Source of the DNA: an uncultured Lewinella sp.
GTDB lineage: Bacteria; Bacteroidota; Bacteroidia; Chitinophagales; Saprospiraceae
Length of the DNA: 64,000 bases
NCBI GenBank assembly: GCA_937873655.1
Contig: CALMYQ010000096.1
Coordinates: 26,439-90,438, forward strand
Reading direction: 5' to 3'
Of this stretch, positions 9,525 through 18,925 are shown piece by piece. The notes under the pieces were generated by a model. The model did no database searches, had not been told where the DNA came from, and worked only from the letters and a program-made list of their open reading frames with translations. Both the position numbers and the translations under genes were made by a program. Within the stretch, counting starts at the first letter, position 1; each line of letters opens with the position of its first letter.

Positions 9525-10751
9525 ATGAAAAATCGAGTTTTACGAAGTGTTGGTTTGGCCCTCGGCATTGCGTTGACTTCCGTCCAGGTACAGGCCCAGT
9601 TTTGTACGGAAGGACCTAATGGTTCGCTCATCAATCCCGACGGTTCGCCCTGCATCAATACGGTAGTTACGGCCGTTCCGTTCCTGCGGATCGTTGCCGA
9701 CGCCCGTTCAGGCGCCATGGGCGATGTAGGCATGGCCACTTCCCCTGACCCGAACGCCATGCATTTCAATGCCGCCAAACTGGCTTTTGCAGAAGAAGAT
9801 GTGGCCGTATCGGCAACTTATACTCCATGGCTTCGCGCGCTGGGGCTCAACGACGTTTACCTGGCTTACCTGACCGGATATTACAAGTTGAACGAACTCC
9901 AGACCGTCGGATTCGGCCTGCGGTATTTCTCATTGGGCAGCATCCAGTTTACGGACATCAACGCCATGCCGCTGCAAACCGGCCGGCCGAATGAATTTGA
10001 AGTATCGGCCGCTTATTCCAGGAAACTGACGGATAAGTTCTCCGCCTCTATCACGGGTAAGTTCATCTATTCCAACCTGGCCGCCGGCCAGCAACTGGAA
10101 GGCGGTGAAGTCATCGAAGCGGGCCTTGCCGGCGCTGCGGATATCGGCATGTACTACCGCACCCCGATCGAAATGAACAGCGGCGAATCCAACCTCAGCG
10201 TCGGTCTGGCCGTGACGAATATCGGTTCCAAGATCACCTATACCGCCTCCACCCTGCGCGACTTCCTGCCGGCCAACTTCGGCCTGGGCGCCGCCTGGGA
10301 GCTTGAGCTGGACGACTACAACACGTTCACGCTGGCCGCCGATGTGAACAAATTGCTGGTGCCGACGCCTTGTGTCGGAAGCAAGCAGGATTGCGATAAG
10401 GACAACAACGGCGTTTCCGACCAGCGCGAAGTGCCTACCGTCCGGGCCCTGTTCTCCTCCTGGAGCGATGCCCCGGAAGGGTTCAGCGAAGAATTGAAAG
10501 AATTCAATTTCAGCTTTGGTGCGGAATACTGGTACGATAAGCAATTCGCCGTTCGCGCCGGTTATTATACCGAGAATTCGCAAAAGGGCGGCCGCAAATA
10601 TTTCACGGCGGGTCTGGGCTTGAAATACAACATCTTCGGCCTGAACTTCTCCTACCTCGTTCCGACCACCAATAACCGGAATCCGCTGGACAATACCCTG
10701 CGGTTCTCCCTGCTCTTCGACTTCGGCGCAATGGAGGGGGAAAATAAATAA
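9525..10751 (+). CDS. porV: T9SS outer-membrane beta-barrel shuttle protein PorV (LptO)
   Basis: Signal peptide followed by the conserved PorV N-terminus AVPFLRIVADARSGAMGDVGMATSPDPNAMHFNAAKLAF. Alternating beta-strand pattern to the C-terminus ...LRFSLLFDF. Lies directly downstream of porU. Confidence 0.85.
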   Translation: MKNRVLRSVGLALGIALTSVQVQAQFCTEGPNGSLINPDGSPCINTVVTAVPFLRIVADARSGAMGDVGMATSPDPNAMHFNAAKLAFAEEDVAVSATYTPWLRALGLNDVYLAYLTGYYKLNELQTVGFGLRYFSLGSIQFTDINAMPLQTGRPNEFEVSAAYSRKLTDKFSASITGKFIYSNLAAGQQLEGGEVIEAGLAGAADIGMYYRTPIEMNSGESNLSVGLAVTNIGSKITYTASTLRDFLPANFGLGAAWELELDDYNTFTLAADVNKLLVPTPCVGSKQDCDKDNNGVSDQREVPTVRALFSSWSDAPEGFSEELKEFNFSFGAEYWYDKQFAVRAGYYTENSQKGGRKYFTAGLGLKYNIFGLNFSYLVPTTNNRNPLDNTLRFSLLFDFGAMEGENK

Positions 10752-10810
10752 AACCAGTCTGCGGGTCAGGGTGTTCTCATTGATTACACCTTGGATCTCT
10801 GGCAGATTCC

Positions 10811-10903
10811 AGTCGTAAGTCGTAAGTCATAAGTCGTAAGCCAGTTGTATGGGCCCCTTATGACTTACAACTTACAACTTTACGACTTACAACTTACGAC
10901 TTA
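10811..10903. repeat. CGTAAGT heptamer array plus complementary array: long imperfect hairpin immediately 3' of porV
   Basis: Left arm AGTCGTAAGTCGTAAGTCATAAGTCGTAAG (10811-10840), 16-nt spacer, right arm CTTATGACTTACAACTTACAACTTTACGACTTACAACTTACGACTTA (10857-10903). It starts 60 nt after the porV stop, so it is a plausible terminator. Confidence 0.8.
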
Positions 10904-10934
10904 TTAAACCGCAGGATCCGACTGACTATATTTC

Positions 10935-12002
10935 ATGATCCAGAATATCCTCGTCAAGATCCTCCTCGCCCCTTTTTCCCTGTTATACGGACTGGGAGCG
11001 GCGCTGAACAGTTTCTTCTACCGGGCGGGCTTGCTCAAATCCGTCCAATTCAATTTTCCGGTCATTTCCATCGGCAATCTATCCGTCGGCGGATCCGGCA
11101 AAACGCCCCATATCGAGTACCTGATCCGTTTGCTCAAGGACTATATCAACGTCGCCACGCTGAGCCGGGGATACGGCCGCAAGACGCGGGGGTACACGGA
11201 AGTCTATTCCTACATGAATGCCGAACAGGCGGGGGACGAACCCCTTCAGTTCAAGCGCAAATTCCCGGATATCCTCGCCGTAGTTGCTGAAAACCGGGCA
11301 TTCGGCATTCCGCGGATCATTTCCGACCATCCGGAAGCGCAGCTTATCCTATTAGATGACGCCTACCAGCACCGGGCCGTCAAGCCGGGTATGAACATCC
11401 TGCTGACCGAATACGAAAAACCGTTTACCCGGGATTTTCCGCTGCCTTCCGGCAGGCTGCGGGAATGGCCGAATGCATATAAACGGGCCGACACCATTAT
11501 TGTCAGCAAGTGCCCCGAAGACCTGACGCCTGAAAAAGCAAATGCCTTGCGCAAAGAGATCGCACCCGAACCCCATCAACGGCTGTTTTTTTCCTACTAC
11601 GGCTACGGGGCGCCCTATTATATCTTCAATCCGCGTTACCGGGTCGACCTGACCCAGGATTGGGATGTGTTGCTGATCTGTGCCATTGCCAAAAAGGACT
11701 ACCTGCTGTCCTATCTCGAACAAACGGCCGCCTCGGTCAAGGTGATGGCTTATGAGGACCACCATTTCTTCGACAAGGGGGAGATCGGGCAACTGCACAC
11801 GGAGTTCCAGCGCATGGAGTCCGATAAGAAGGTGATCCTGACCACGGAAAAGGACGCCACCCGCCTGGAATTGCACCGGGAATTCCTGCTTGAAAACCGA
11901 TTGCCTATATTTGCCTTGCCGGTCGAAGTGAAATTCCATTTCGGCGAAGGGCCGGTTTTTGACCAGTACGTCAGGGATTTCCTGCTCAATTTCAAGGTAT
12001 AA
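10935..12002 (+). CDS. lpxK: Tetraacyldisaccharide 4'-kinase (lipid A biosynthesis)
   Basis: 355 aa. P-loop GNLSVGGSGKTP near the N-terminus, then SRGYGRKT and LDDAYQHR motifs typical of LpxK. Confidence 0.9.
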   Translation: MIQNILVKILLAPFSLLYGLGAALNSFFYRAGLLKSVQFNFPVISIGNLSVGGSGKTPHIEYLIRLLKDYINVATLSRGYGRKTRGYTEVYSYMNAEQAGDEPLQFKRKFPDILAVVAENRAFGIPRIISDHPEAQLILLDDAYQHRAVKPGMNILLTEYEKPFTRDFPLPSGRLREWPNAYKRADTIIVSKCPEDLTPEKANALRKEIAPEPHQRLFFSYYGYGAPYYIFNPRYRVDLTQDWDVLLICAIAKKDYLLSYLEQTAASVKVMAYEDHHFFDKGEIGQLHTEFQRMESDKKVILTTEKDATRLELHREFLLENRLPIFALPVEVKFHFGEGPVFDQYVRDFLLNFKV

Positions 12003-12006
12003 GGCA

Positions 12007-13284
12007 TTGAATCCGATACTCCGATTCCTGTATTTTTTGTTCAAGGTCACCGTCCTGACCGGGGCGCGGATCTACTATCCGGATACGGTGGTGCTGAACC
12101 GGGAGCGACTCCGGTTCAAAGGCCCCGCTTTGCTGGTATCCAACCACCCCAACACCCTGATGGATGTGCTGAATACGGCGGCCAAGGTGGATGAGCAGGT
12201 CTTTTTTCTGGCCAATGCGGGGTTGTTCTCCACCCCTTTCACCAACTGGCTGTTCAATACCCTGTACTGCATTCCCATCCAGCGGCCGGCCGATACCGGC
12301 GGCAAACCCCTGCAAAACGACGAAGCCTTTGCCCGGTGCGATGCCTTTCTGGCGGGCGGCGGTACGCTTTATATCGCGCCGGAAGGCGGCAGTGAAATGG
12401 AACGCAAACTGCGGCCCCTCAAAACGGGGACGGCCCGGATCGGCTTCAGCGCCGAATCGAAGGCGGACTACGCCCTGGGGTTGATCATCCAGCCGGTGGG
12501 CCTTTCGTACAGCAGTTTTCTGCATTGCGGCGGCCGCCTGGTGGTGAACGCCGCCGAGCCCATCCGGTTTGCCGATTTCCGGGAGGCCTATGAAAAAGAC
12601 CCGCAGGGCACGGTCCGGGAGGTAACGACCCTGATGGAAAACCGGCTCCGCGATTCGCTCATCGACACAACGGACGCAACGGAGGACGCCCTGGCCCGCG
12701 GATTGGAATCCATCCTGCAGAATGAGGAACCCCTCAAGGGCGAGGCCCGCTTCCAACGGGAAAAAGAACTGACCGTCCGTCTGGCCGCTTTTCACCAAGA
12801 ACAACCCGGCGCCTACGCCGACCTGCTGGAAAGAGCGGGTGTCTACTTTGCAACCGGGGTAAGGGATATCACGGTCAAAAACGGCGGCGGACGGCATATT
12901 TTAAGCGTGGTCGCCGGTTTAATTCCCTACCTGTACGGCTACCTCAACCACCTCCTGCCGGTCGGCATCCCAAAATGGACGGCCAGGAAACTGAACATCT
13001 ATATCGGCTACACCAGCACGGTCAAATTCGCCCTCGGTGCGCTTACCATTCCATTGTTTTATTGGCTGCAAACCCGCTTATTCTCCGCTTATTTACCGGA
13101 GTATGGGTGGGTAATTTACCTGATCTCGCTCCCGCTGTCGGCCTGGTGGCTGTGGCGGTACAACAAGATCCTGCGGTTGTGGCGGAGCGAGCGGAAATGG
13201 CGCGGCCTTTCGGGCGGGGAGCGGGAGAAGATGAAGGCGACGCGGGAGGACCTGGTGGGGTTCGTTCGGCGTTTGATGGTTTGA
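12007..13284 (+). CDS. PlsC-type (lysophospholipid) acyltransferase with a C-terminal membrane domain
   Basis: HX4D acyltransferase motif in LLVSNHPNTLMDV, plus YIAPEGG. No in-frame ATG lies near the start. The listed start at 11959 is TTG and overlaps lpxK. A second in-frame TTG at 12007 sits just after the lpxK stop and gives MNPILRFLYFLF..., so the start is uncertain. Confidence 0.7.
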   Translation: MNPILRFLYFLFKVTVLTGARIYYPDTVVLNRERLRFKGPALLVSNHPNTLMDVLNTAAKVDEQVFFLANAGLFSTPFTNWLFNTLYCIPIQRPADTGGKPLQNDEAFARCDAFLAGGGTLYIAPEGGSEMERKLRPLKTGTARIGFSAESKADYALGLIIQPVGLSYSSFLHCGGRLVVNAAEPIRFADFREAYEKDPQGTVREVTTLMENRLRDSLIDTTDATEDALARGLESILQNEEPLKGEARFQREKELTVRLAAFHQEQPGAYADLLERAGVYFATGVRDITVKNGGGRHILSVVAGLIPYLYGYLNHLLPVGIPKWTARKLNIYIGYTSTVKFALGALTIPLFYWLQTRLFSAYLPEYGWVIYLISLPLSAWWLWRYNKILRLWRSERKWRGLSGGEREKMKATREDLVGFVRRLMV

Positions 13285-13390
13285 ATGGAATTTGAGCGTG
13301 ATGAAAATTCTGTTGGCACAAAATTGTGAACGGTCTCCCTGAGAAATTTTGAACCACAAAAGAAACAAAAGATAACAAAAGTTTTAAAGC

Positions 13391-13475
13391 CGTTGATTTG
13401 CCAGGGCAAATCAACCTCCGGCGGCCATAGTCACGCCATTAGCGTAACGAAGGCGGCAGATCAACAGATCAACAT
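13391..13475. repeat. GTTGATTT-type word hairpin plus complementary CAGATCAAC words
   Basis: GTTGATTTG (13391-13399) pairs with CAAATCAAC (13406-13414). CAGATCAACAGATCAACATC lies at 13456-13475. Just upstream (about 13340-13385) is a partial copy of the CCACAAAAG-type core seen at 22603 and 37015. Confidence 0.65.
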
Positions 13476-13529
13476 CCCCGACGGCCCTTCACCCAAGTCA
13501 GGACATCTATCAAAATCCTATCTTTGCAA

Positions 13530-14648
13530 ATGCTCTTATCCTGCCTCCTCCTAACGGGCCTGATCCTCGCTACCGCTGCCCAGTTCATTCTCTGGTTGGG
13601 AGTCTATGCCCGTCTGGTCCGGTACGATCCCGACAAGGAGCCTGCCGCGGCGTCGGAAGAAGGCGTATCCGTTGTCATTTGTGCGCGCAACGAAGCGGAA
13701 AATCTGCGCAAAAACCTGCCCCATATCCTAAATCAAAACTACCGTTCCTTTGAAGTAATTGTCGTTGACGATGATTCTTCGGACGAAAGTGAAAAAATTA
13801 TTTTGTCGTTTCAAAAAAATTATCCGATATTGCGCCCAGTCTTGGTGAAAGACAAAAAGCAGCCTGGTAAGAAGGCGGCACTTTCACTAGGCATCAAAGA
13901 GGCTCGATACGATAAATTACTTTTGACAGACGCCGATTGCCGGCCCGCTTCTTCCGAATGGATCAACAGAATGCAGGCTGCTTTTACGGGGAATGTCAAC
14001 ATCGTCCTAGGTTTCGGGCCCTATCTCACCCATAGCGGCTTTTTGAACCGCTTCATACGCTTTGAGACACTTTTTACGGCTATCCAGTACCTTTCATTAG
14101 CACTCTTGGGTTTACCTTACATGGGCGTTGGCCGCAACCTTGCGTACCGCAAATCGCTGTTCGATCGGGTTGGAGGTTTCAAACGCCATGGTCACATCGC
14201 TTACGGCGACGACGATCTGTTCGTTTCCGGGGCGGCTCGCGGCGGCCAGACCGCAATTGTTTTGCAGCCCGAAGCTTTTACCTTTTCCGAGGCCAAAAGC
14301 GACTGGCGAGGTTTCTACTTCCAAAAATCGCGTCATTTGAGTGCCGGTGTTCACTACCGGCCGGTCCATCAGGCGTTGCTCGGCGTCTCGGCGGCTAGTC
14401 ATTTTCTGCACTATGCCTGCTTTGCTGCCTTGCTCCTGTCGGGGGACTATTTCCTTATGACGCTTTCCTTGTTTATTGCGAGAATGGCAGTAGTAACCTG
14501 GTTATACAGCCGCGTGTCGGAGCGATTCCGGGAGTCAAATCTCTTGCCTTGGATTCCACTTCTTGACGCTGCACTAGCACTTTATTACTTCCTGTTCTCG
14601 CCGGTATTGCTCATAAAAACCGGTAATTATACATCATGGAAGCAGTAA
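13530..14648 (+). CDS. Glycosyltransferase family 2, membrane-anchored
   Basis: VSVVICARNEAENL...FEVIVVDDDSSDES (GT2 DxD region), LLLTDADC, C-terminal TM helices. The listed start at 13524 is TTG; an ATG follows two codons later at 13530. Confidence 0.85.
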   Translation: MLLSCLLLTGLILATAAQFILWLGVYARLVRYDPDKEPAAASEEGVSVVICARNEAENLRKNLPHILNQNYRSFEVIVVDDDSSDESEKIILSFQKNYPILRPVLVKDKKQPGKKAALSLGIKEARYDKLLLTDADCRPASSEWINRMQAAFTGNVNIVLGFGPYLTHSGFLNRFIRFETLFTAIQYLSLALLGLPYMGVGRNLAYRKSLFDRVGGFKRHGHIAYGDDDLFVSGAARGGQTAIVLQPEAFTFSEAKSDWRGFYFQKSRHLSAGVHYRPVHQALLGVSAASHFLHYACFAALLLSGDYFLMTLSLFIARMAVVTWLYSRVSERFRESNLLPWIPLLDAALALYYFLFSPVLLIKTGNYTSWKQ

Positions 14649-15271
14649 GTTATAATCCCGTACTATCCCGCAAAGCGGAAGAAGATTACAAATTGGTCAG
14701 GCAGGCAGTCGCCGGAAATCAGCGCGCCTACAGCTTATTAATGGACCGATATTGGAACTCAGTGTATCAGATGATGCAACGCATGGTCAACAACCCTGAA
14801 GATGCGTGCGATCTGACCCAGGAAGCGTTCGGAAAGGCCTTTACCAAACTGGCCTTCTATGCGCCGACCTTCGCCTTCAGCACCTGGTTGTTCCGGATCG
14901 CGATCAACAACGGCATCGATTTCGTGCGCAAAAAGCGCGTCCGCTGCCTCTCGCTCGATGATCCTATCGAACCGGAAAGCGACCAGGACTACGCGGCCAG
15001 CCTCGACGCTGAAGTGCGCAACCCCGAAGAGGAGATCATCCGCCGCCAGCGGCTCAAGCTGATGCGTTCGCTGATGGATCAACTCAATGAAAAATACCGT
15101 GTCATGATAGAACTGCGCTATTTCGACGAACTCAGCTATGAAGAGATCGCCGCAGAACTTGACCTGCCGCTGGGTACGGTCAAAGCGCAGTTGTTCCGCG
15201 CCAAGGAAATGTTGTACGAGTTGTTGCAACGGCCGGGCGCCAGCGCGTATCTGGACCGGACGAGGAGGTGA
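14636..15271 (+). CDS. RNA polymerase sigma-70 factor, ECF-like (sigma-24) subfamily
   Basis: Region 2 (DLTQEAFGKAF...STWLFRIAINNGIDFVRK) and region 4 HTH (LSYEEIAAELDLPLGTVKAQLFRAKEML). Overlaps the GT2 stop by 13 nt. Confidence 0.85.
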   Translation: MEAVSYNPVLSRKAEEDYKLVRQAVAGNQRAYSLLMDRYWNSVYQMMQRMVNNPEDACDLTQEAFGKAFTKLAFYAPTFAFSTWLFRIAINNGIDFVRKKRVRCLSLDDPIEPESDQDYAASLDAEVRNPEEEIIRRQRLKLMRSLMDQLNEKYRVMIELRYFDELSYEEIAAELDLPLGTVKAQLFRAKEMLYELLQRPGASAYLDRTRR

Positions 15272-15272
15272 G

Positions 15273-15467
15273 CTGGATACCGGTATCTGGATACTAGATA
15301 CTAGATACTGGATGCTGCCCGCCGTCGCTCTTGGGGAGCTATGGCGGACGGGGGATGCTGGATGCTGCCACGCCGTCGCTCTTGGGGAGCTATGGCGGAC
15401 GGGGGATGCTGGATGCTGCCCGCCGTCGCTCTTGCAGAGCTTTGGCGGACGGTGGATGCCGGATTGG
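15273..15467. repeat. CTGGATR heptamer array followed by about 3 tandem copies of a 43-51-bp module
   Basis: CTGGATA CCGGTAT CTGGATA CTAGATA CTAGATA CTGGATG, then GATGCTG(GATGCTG)CC.GCCGTCGCTCTTGGGGAGCTATGGCGGACGGGG at 15311, 15354 and 15405. It starts 2 nt after the sigma-factor stop. Confidence 0.85.
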
Positions 15468-15781
15468 AGGCAGATTACTAAGCCCGAAGCGCAGCGCAGG
15501 GATTGGTAAGCTGAATGCCGAACTGGATACTGGAATGCCGGCTGAACGACTGATAACCGGGCATTGGCCTGGAATTGGCGATAAAAGAATATTTTTCAAT
15601 TCAAGATAGTGGGCGGATAATTATTCGTCCCTGCGGATACTGAATGCTGGATTGGTCCGACCGGGGGGATCGGATTTCTTGATCCGGCTTCGGTGTCCGG
15701 TAACCGGAACTGAATGTCCGGGCGAACTATTGAAAGGTTCATAACTACATCGTACAGCAGAAAAACCTGCGATGCAGGCCT

Positions 15782-15828
15782 GAGCCATCCGCGTATCGGC
15801 AACGACACCGGATGGCTCTTGTTGTTTT
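15782..15828 (+). terminator. Hairpin plus T-rich tail (possible plus-strand intrinsic terminator)
   Basis: GAGCCATCCG (15782-15791) pairs with CGGATGGCTC (15809-15818), a 10-bp stem with a 17-nt loop, followed by TTGTTGTTTT. The large loop weakens the call. Confidence 0.35.
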
Positions 15829-15910
15829 GAGGAGTTGAGGAATTGAGGAATTGAGGAACTGAGGAACTGAGGAATCGAATCGTTTTCGATTCCTCGATTC
15901 CTCCTCAATC
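15829..15910. repeat. GAGGAAYT octamer array plus complementary arm: hairpin abutting the stop of the SRPBCC gene
   Basis: GAGGAGTT GAGGAATT GAGGAATT GAGGAACT GAGGAACT GAGGAATCG - AATCGTTTT - CGATTCCTCGATTCCTCCTCAATC. It ends one nt before the stop codon at 15911-15913 (minus strand). Confidence 0.85.
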
Positions 15911-16411
15911 TCACGCCGTAATCACATCCGTCAACTCCAGCTTCCGGTTTCGCAGGTCGTAGCCGGTTTCCAGGACGGATTTCAGATTGGTCAGGTAAAA
16001 GATCCAGCCTTTGGAATCGCCGACGTAGTGCCGCATCATGGTAGCTTCATCCGTCGGCAGATTGCTTTCCACCAGCTCAACGATGGTTTCGCCGCATTCC
16101 GGGTAGATGGAAATCGTCACCGGGCAGTTGTGCGAAAAAGTGAACGTGAACCGATTCTCGCCGTTGGTGCTCAGCACCTTGCCTTTTTCCACCGCCGTAT
16201 CGGGATAACCGTGCCAGTAGAACACATAGGTATCGCCTTCCTGTACGGGTTCGTCTTTGCGGCGAACATCACCCGCTGCATTTTCGAAGGTGGCCTGCCG
16301 GAGGAACCAGGATTCCAGTCCGCCGGGGGTGGTAAAACACTCGAAGGCCTTTCGGATATCGGTCCGGATATTGACCCTGAGCTTGAATTCGCTCCATGGA
16401 TTGGTGTGCAT
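15911..16411 (-). CDS. SRPBCC superfamily protein (AHSA1/START-like fold)
   Basis: About 166 aa from the ATG at 16411 (MHTNPWSEFKLRVNI...). The pattern F.TPGGLESWF ... GWIFYLTNLKSVLETG is typical of Aha1-like SRPBCC proteins. The 24 upstream codons of the listed ORF are not needed. Confidence 0.7.
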   Translation of the reverse strand: MHTNPWSEFKLRVNIRTDIRKAFECFTTPGGLESWFLRQATFENAAGDVRRKDEPVQEGDTYVFYWHGYPDTAVEKGKVLSTNGENRFTFTFSHNCPVTISIYPECGETIVELVESNLPTDEATMMRHYVGDSKGWIFYLTNLKSVLETGYDLRNRKLELTDVITA

Positions 16412-16482
16412 GGTCTTTTTTAGGGCAAAGTTACCGGAATCGGGAGGGCTGCGCTTCTTCAATATGGAGAATTTTAGTTGCA

Positions 16483-16581
16483 AGTCGTAAGTCCTTAGTC
16501 GTAAGTGCGGGCCGTGAGGTCCGCCATATTGGTAGCAATCAGATTGAATATTGGGTTTCCGGCCTGTAGAGCCGGTATGTG
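16483..16581. repeat. CGTAAGT words plus a third copy of the ~75-bp GGGCCGT.AGGTCCGCCAT...CCGGCCTGTAG.GCCGGTATGTG module
   Basis: AGTCGTAAGTCCTTAGTCGTAAGT, then GCGGGCCGTGAGGTCCGCCATATTGGTAGCAATC...TTTCCGGCCTGTAGAGCCGGTATGTG. Compare 1179-1253 and 1363-1438. Confidence 0.75.
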
Positions 16582-16706
16582 ATCATGCCCGATTCACCCA
16601 ATTCAGGGCACCGTATCAAAAACCCATGAAATGGATTTCAACCGCCGTTGCGGGGCCTACAGGTATAGCGATTCGGGGCGGCCCAAACAGGAGAAGAAGG
16701 CCTGCA

Positions 16707-17609
16707 TTACAAAATGCGCAGCTGGTTGGGCGGGATACCGAAACGCCTCCGGAACAGCCCGCTGAAGGTGGACAAGCTCTCATATCCCAGGTCCTTGCAG
16801 ATATCGGAGACGGGTTGGTCGCTGTTTTCGATCCGCTCTCTGGCGCGGTCAAGACGGAGGTCGATCAGGTAGCGGTAAGGGGTTGCGCCGAAAACCTGTT
16901 TGAACAGGCGGAGGAAATGCTGGCTGTTCATCGCGGCGACCCCGGCCATTTGGTTCAGGGAGATATGCGCTTCGCAATGGGCTTCGATCCACTCCCGCGC
17001 GGCGGATAATCTGCGGAACAGTTCATTGCGGGTAGCGGGTTTGACCACCTCCAGCCGGGCAGATAATTGCAGGGCATCCGCATTTTTGACCACCCACCTT
17101 TCCAGCAAGCCGCGAACGACCGCATCGGCTTTCAATGCGCTGAAAGAAGAGCAACTTTTGCCCAACCGGATCAGCAGGCGAAGGCTTTGTTCCAGATCGG
17201 CGTCCTTGTTGGACCGGTATTCCAGCAGGGAAAAATCCGGGTTCTGATCCGGTTCGGGGCAATCCAGCAGTTGGGCATGGGATTGCACCAGGCTGCGGTG
17301 AATCGCTCCCGGCAGGGCCGAATCAAAAAACAGAAATGCGGGCGCCGTATCCTTTTCCGGGAGTGAAAACGACAGGCGGCTGCCCGAATTCACCGGCATG
17401 CAGGTAACGGCATCCAGGTCATACGGCGCCTGGTTGATCACCAGCCGGCCGCACCCCTTTTGCAGCGTCATCAGTCCGAAGGCTGAAGCGTGTTCGGGGC
17501 ATTCGTAACGGTTGATCACCCGGTCGGCAAACAGGACATGGTCGTGGAGCACCGGGACGGCATCCCGGTTGTTCGGATGATTGGGATCGGGTAATTTCTG
17601 CAGGATCAT
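16707..17609 (-). CDS. AraC family transcriptional regulator
   Basis: C-terminal double HTH: ISLNQMAGVAAMNSQHFLRLFKQVFGATPYRYLIDLRLDRARERI...VSDICKDLGYESLSTFSGLFRRRFG. Confidence 0.85.
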   Translation of the reverse strand: MILQKLPDPNHPNNRDAVPVLHDHVLFADRVINRYECPEHASAFGLMTLQKGCGRLVINQAPYDLDAVTCMPVNSGSRLSFSLPEKDTAPAFLFFDSALPGAIHRSLVQSHAQLLDCPEPDQNPDFSLLEYRSNKDADLEQSLRLLIRLGKSCSSFSALKADAVVRGLLERWVVKNADALQLSARLEVVKPATRNELFRRLSAAREWIEAHCEAHISLNQMAGVAAMNSQHFLRLFKQVFGATPYRYLIDLRLDRARERIENSDQPVSDICKDLGYESLSTFSGLFRRRFGIPPNQLRIL

Positions 17610-17660
17610 TTCTTGGCCTCAAAGGCGATTTACCCTGCTAAAGTTAGGAAAATCTCCGAA

Positions 17661-18245
17661 TTATTCCGCTGCGGTCAGCGACCTCGAAGCGATTACCGCG
17701 CGCTCCGCCTGCAGCATATGGCGATGGATATGGGCCACCAGAAACTGCAACGTATCCCCGAGCTTGAGCCGGATCACCGGCGCAATGGAGATGGGGATAC
17801 GGTTCTTGTTCAGGTCGACTGATGTTGCTGCCTGGAGGAGCTGCAACAATTCCTCCTGCTGGTCGATGAATTCGGCGAGCACGGCGCGCGGATCGGAGTT
17901 GCCGGGCATGGCGTGGCTTGCGGCCTTCAGCTTGCTCTTCAGCGCGCCGCCCTGCTTCGGTTTGATCAGGTTGGTAAACCAGGCGCCCAGCCAGCCGGAA
18001 TGAAAAACGGCAGACCCGCCTTTCCCGTTTTTCCGGCCTTTTTCAACGGCTTTCCGGATCAGCGGCAGGTAATAGCGGCCGTAGATGTTGAGGTGTTCGA
18101 GGCATTGGGCGGCACTCCAGGCCCCTTCTGCGGGTTGTTGGGACAGTTCGCGTGCCGGGAGATTTTGCCATTCGCCGATGGTTTTTTGGAGGTGCAATTC
18201 GGTTTGCAGCCGGAGGTCTTTGATGATTTGTTGCGTGCTCGGCAT
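17661..18245 (-). CDS. DinB family (four-helix bundle, metal-binding) protein
   Basis: WSAAQCLEHLNIYGRYY ... LVAHIHRHMLQAERA. The His-containing helices and the ~190-aa length are typical of DinB_2-type proteins. Confidence 0.7.
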   Translation of the reverse strand: MPSTQQIIKDLRLQTELHLQKTIGEWQNLPARELSQQPAEGAWSAAQCLEHLNIYGRYYLPLIRKAVEKGRKNGKGGSAVFHSGWLGAWFTNLIKPKQGGALKSKLKAASHAMPGNSDPRAVLAEFIDQQEELLQLLQAATSVDLNKNRIPISIAPVIRLKLGDTLQFLVAHIHRHMLQAERAVIASRSLTAAE

Positions 18246-18313
18246 GTTCGATTGTTTTTATGCTGCAAAAGTAGGCGGGTGTTCCTGACCGGTTCTTGGT
18301 AAAAACCAAGATT

Positions 18314-18925
18314 TCACAACCGGATCCTGCCGAGGAACTTGCTGAAATTGGTGGGGTCCATGCCCAGGTAATTGGCCAGGTATTTGTGGGGCACCATGGT
18401 AAGCAAATGCGGACTCCGCTTCATCAGAATGCGAAAGCGCTCTTCGGCACTGCAGGATTGCAGCTCAATCTGGCGGGTCAACACGCCTGAAAAAGCGCCG
18501 GTAAGGCCCAACCGGACCAGGCGTTCCACATCGTGGTACCGGACCATGGTTTCCTCCAGTTGCGCGAAGGTCGCCCGGAGAAAAAGGCTCGGCGTCAGGG
18601 TTTCAAACCAGTACCGCGAAGGTTGCTGCAGCAAAAATGCATCGAGGATGCCGCCGAAGGAGTAAGGGTAGGTAAAGACCAGCGTGGCGTCGCGCCCTTC
18701 CTCATTCACCGCATAAGCGCGCTGTACGCCTTCCAGCACGAAATACAGGTACCGCTCTTTTTCACCCTCCGGGGTCAGGATCTCCTTCCGGCCGGCTTCA
18801 TAGGGCTGCCAGATACCTGCAAAAACATCCCATGTCTCCTCATCCAGCGGATGAATCCGCTGGATGAGGCCGGACAAATGGGCAAGCATTTCGGCTGTCG
18901 GCATAACCTGGAAAATTGGGTTCAA
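18314..18925 (-). CDS. Crp/Fnr family transcriptional regulator (cNMP-binding domain plus HTH)
   Basis: Beta-roll region LTPEGEKERYLYFVLEGVQRAY, C-terminal HTH PHKYLANYLGMDPTNFSKFL. The listed start is TTG at 18925; an ATG alternative lies at 18904. Confidence 0.8.
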   Translation of the reverse strand: MNPIFQVMPTAEMLAHLSGLIQRIHPLDEETWDVFAGIWQPYEAGRKEILTPEGEKERYLYFVLEGVQRAYAVNEEGRDATLVFTYPYSFGGILDAFLLQQPSRYWFETLTPSLFLRATFAQLEETMVRYHDVERLVRLGLTGAFSGVLTRQIELQSCSAEERFRILMKRSPHLLTMVPHKYLANYLGMDPTNFSKFLGRIRL

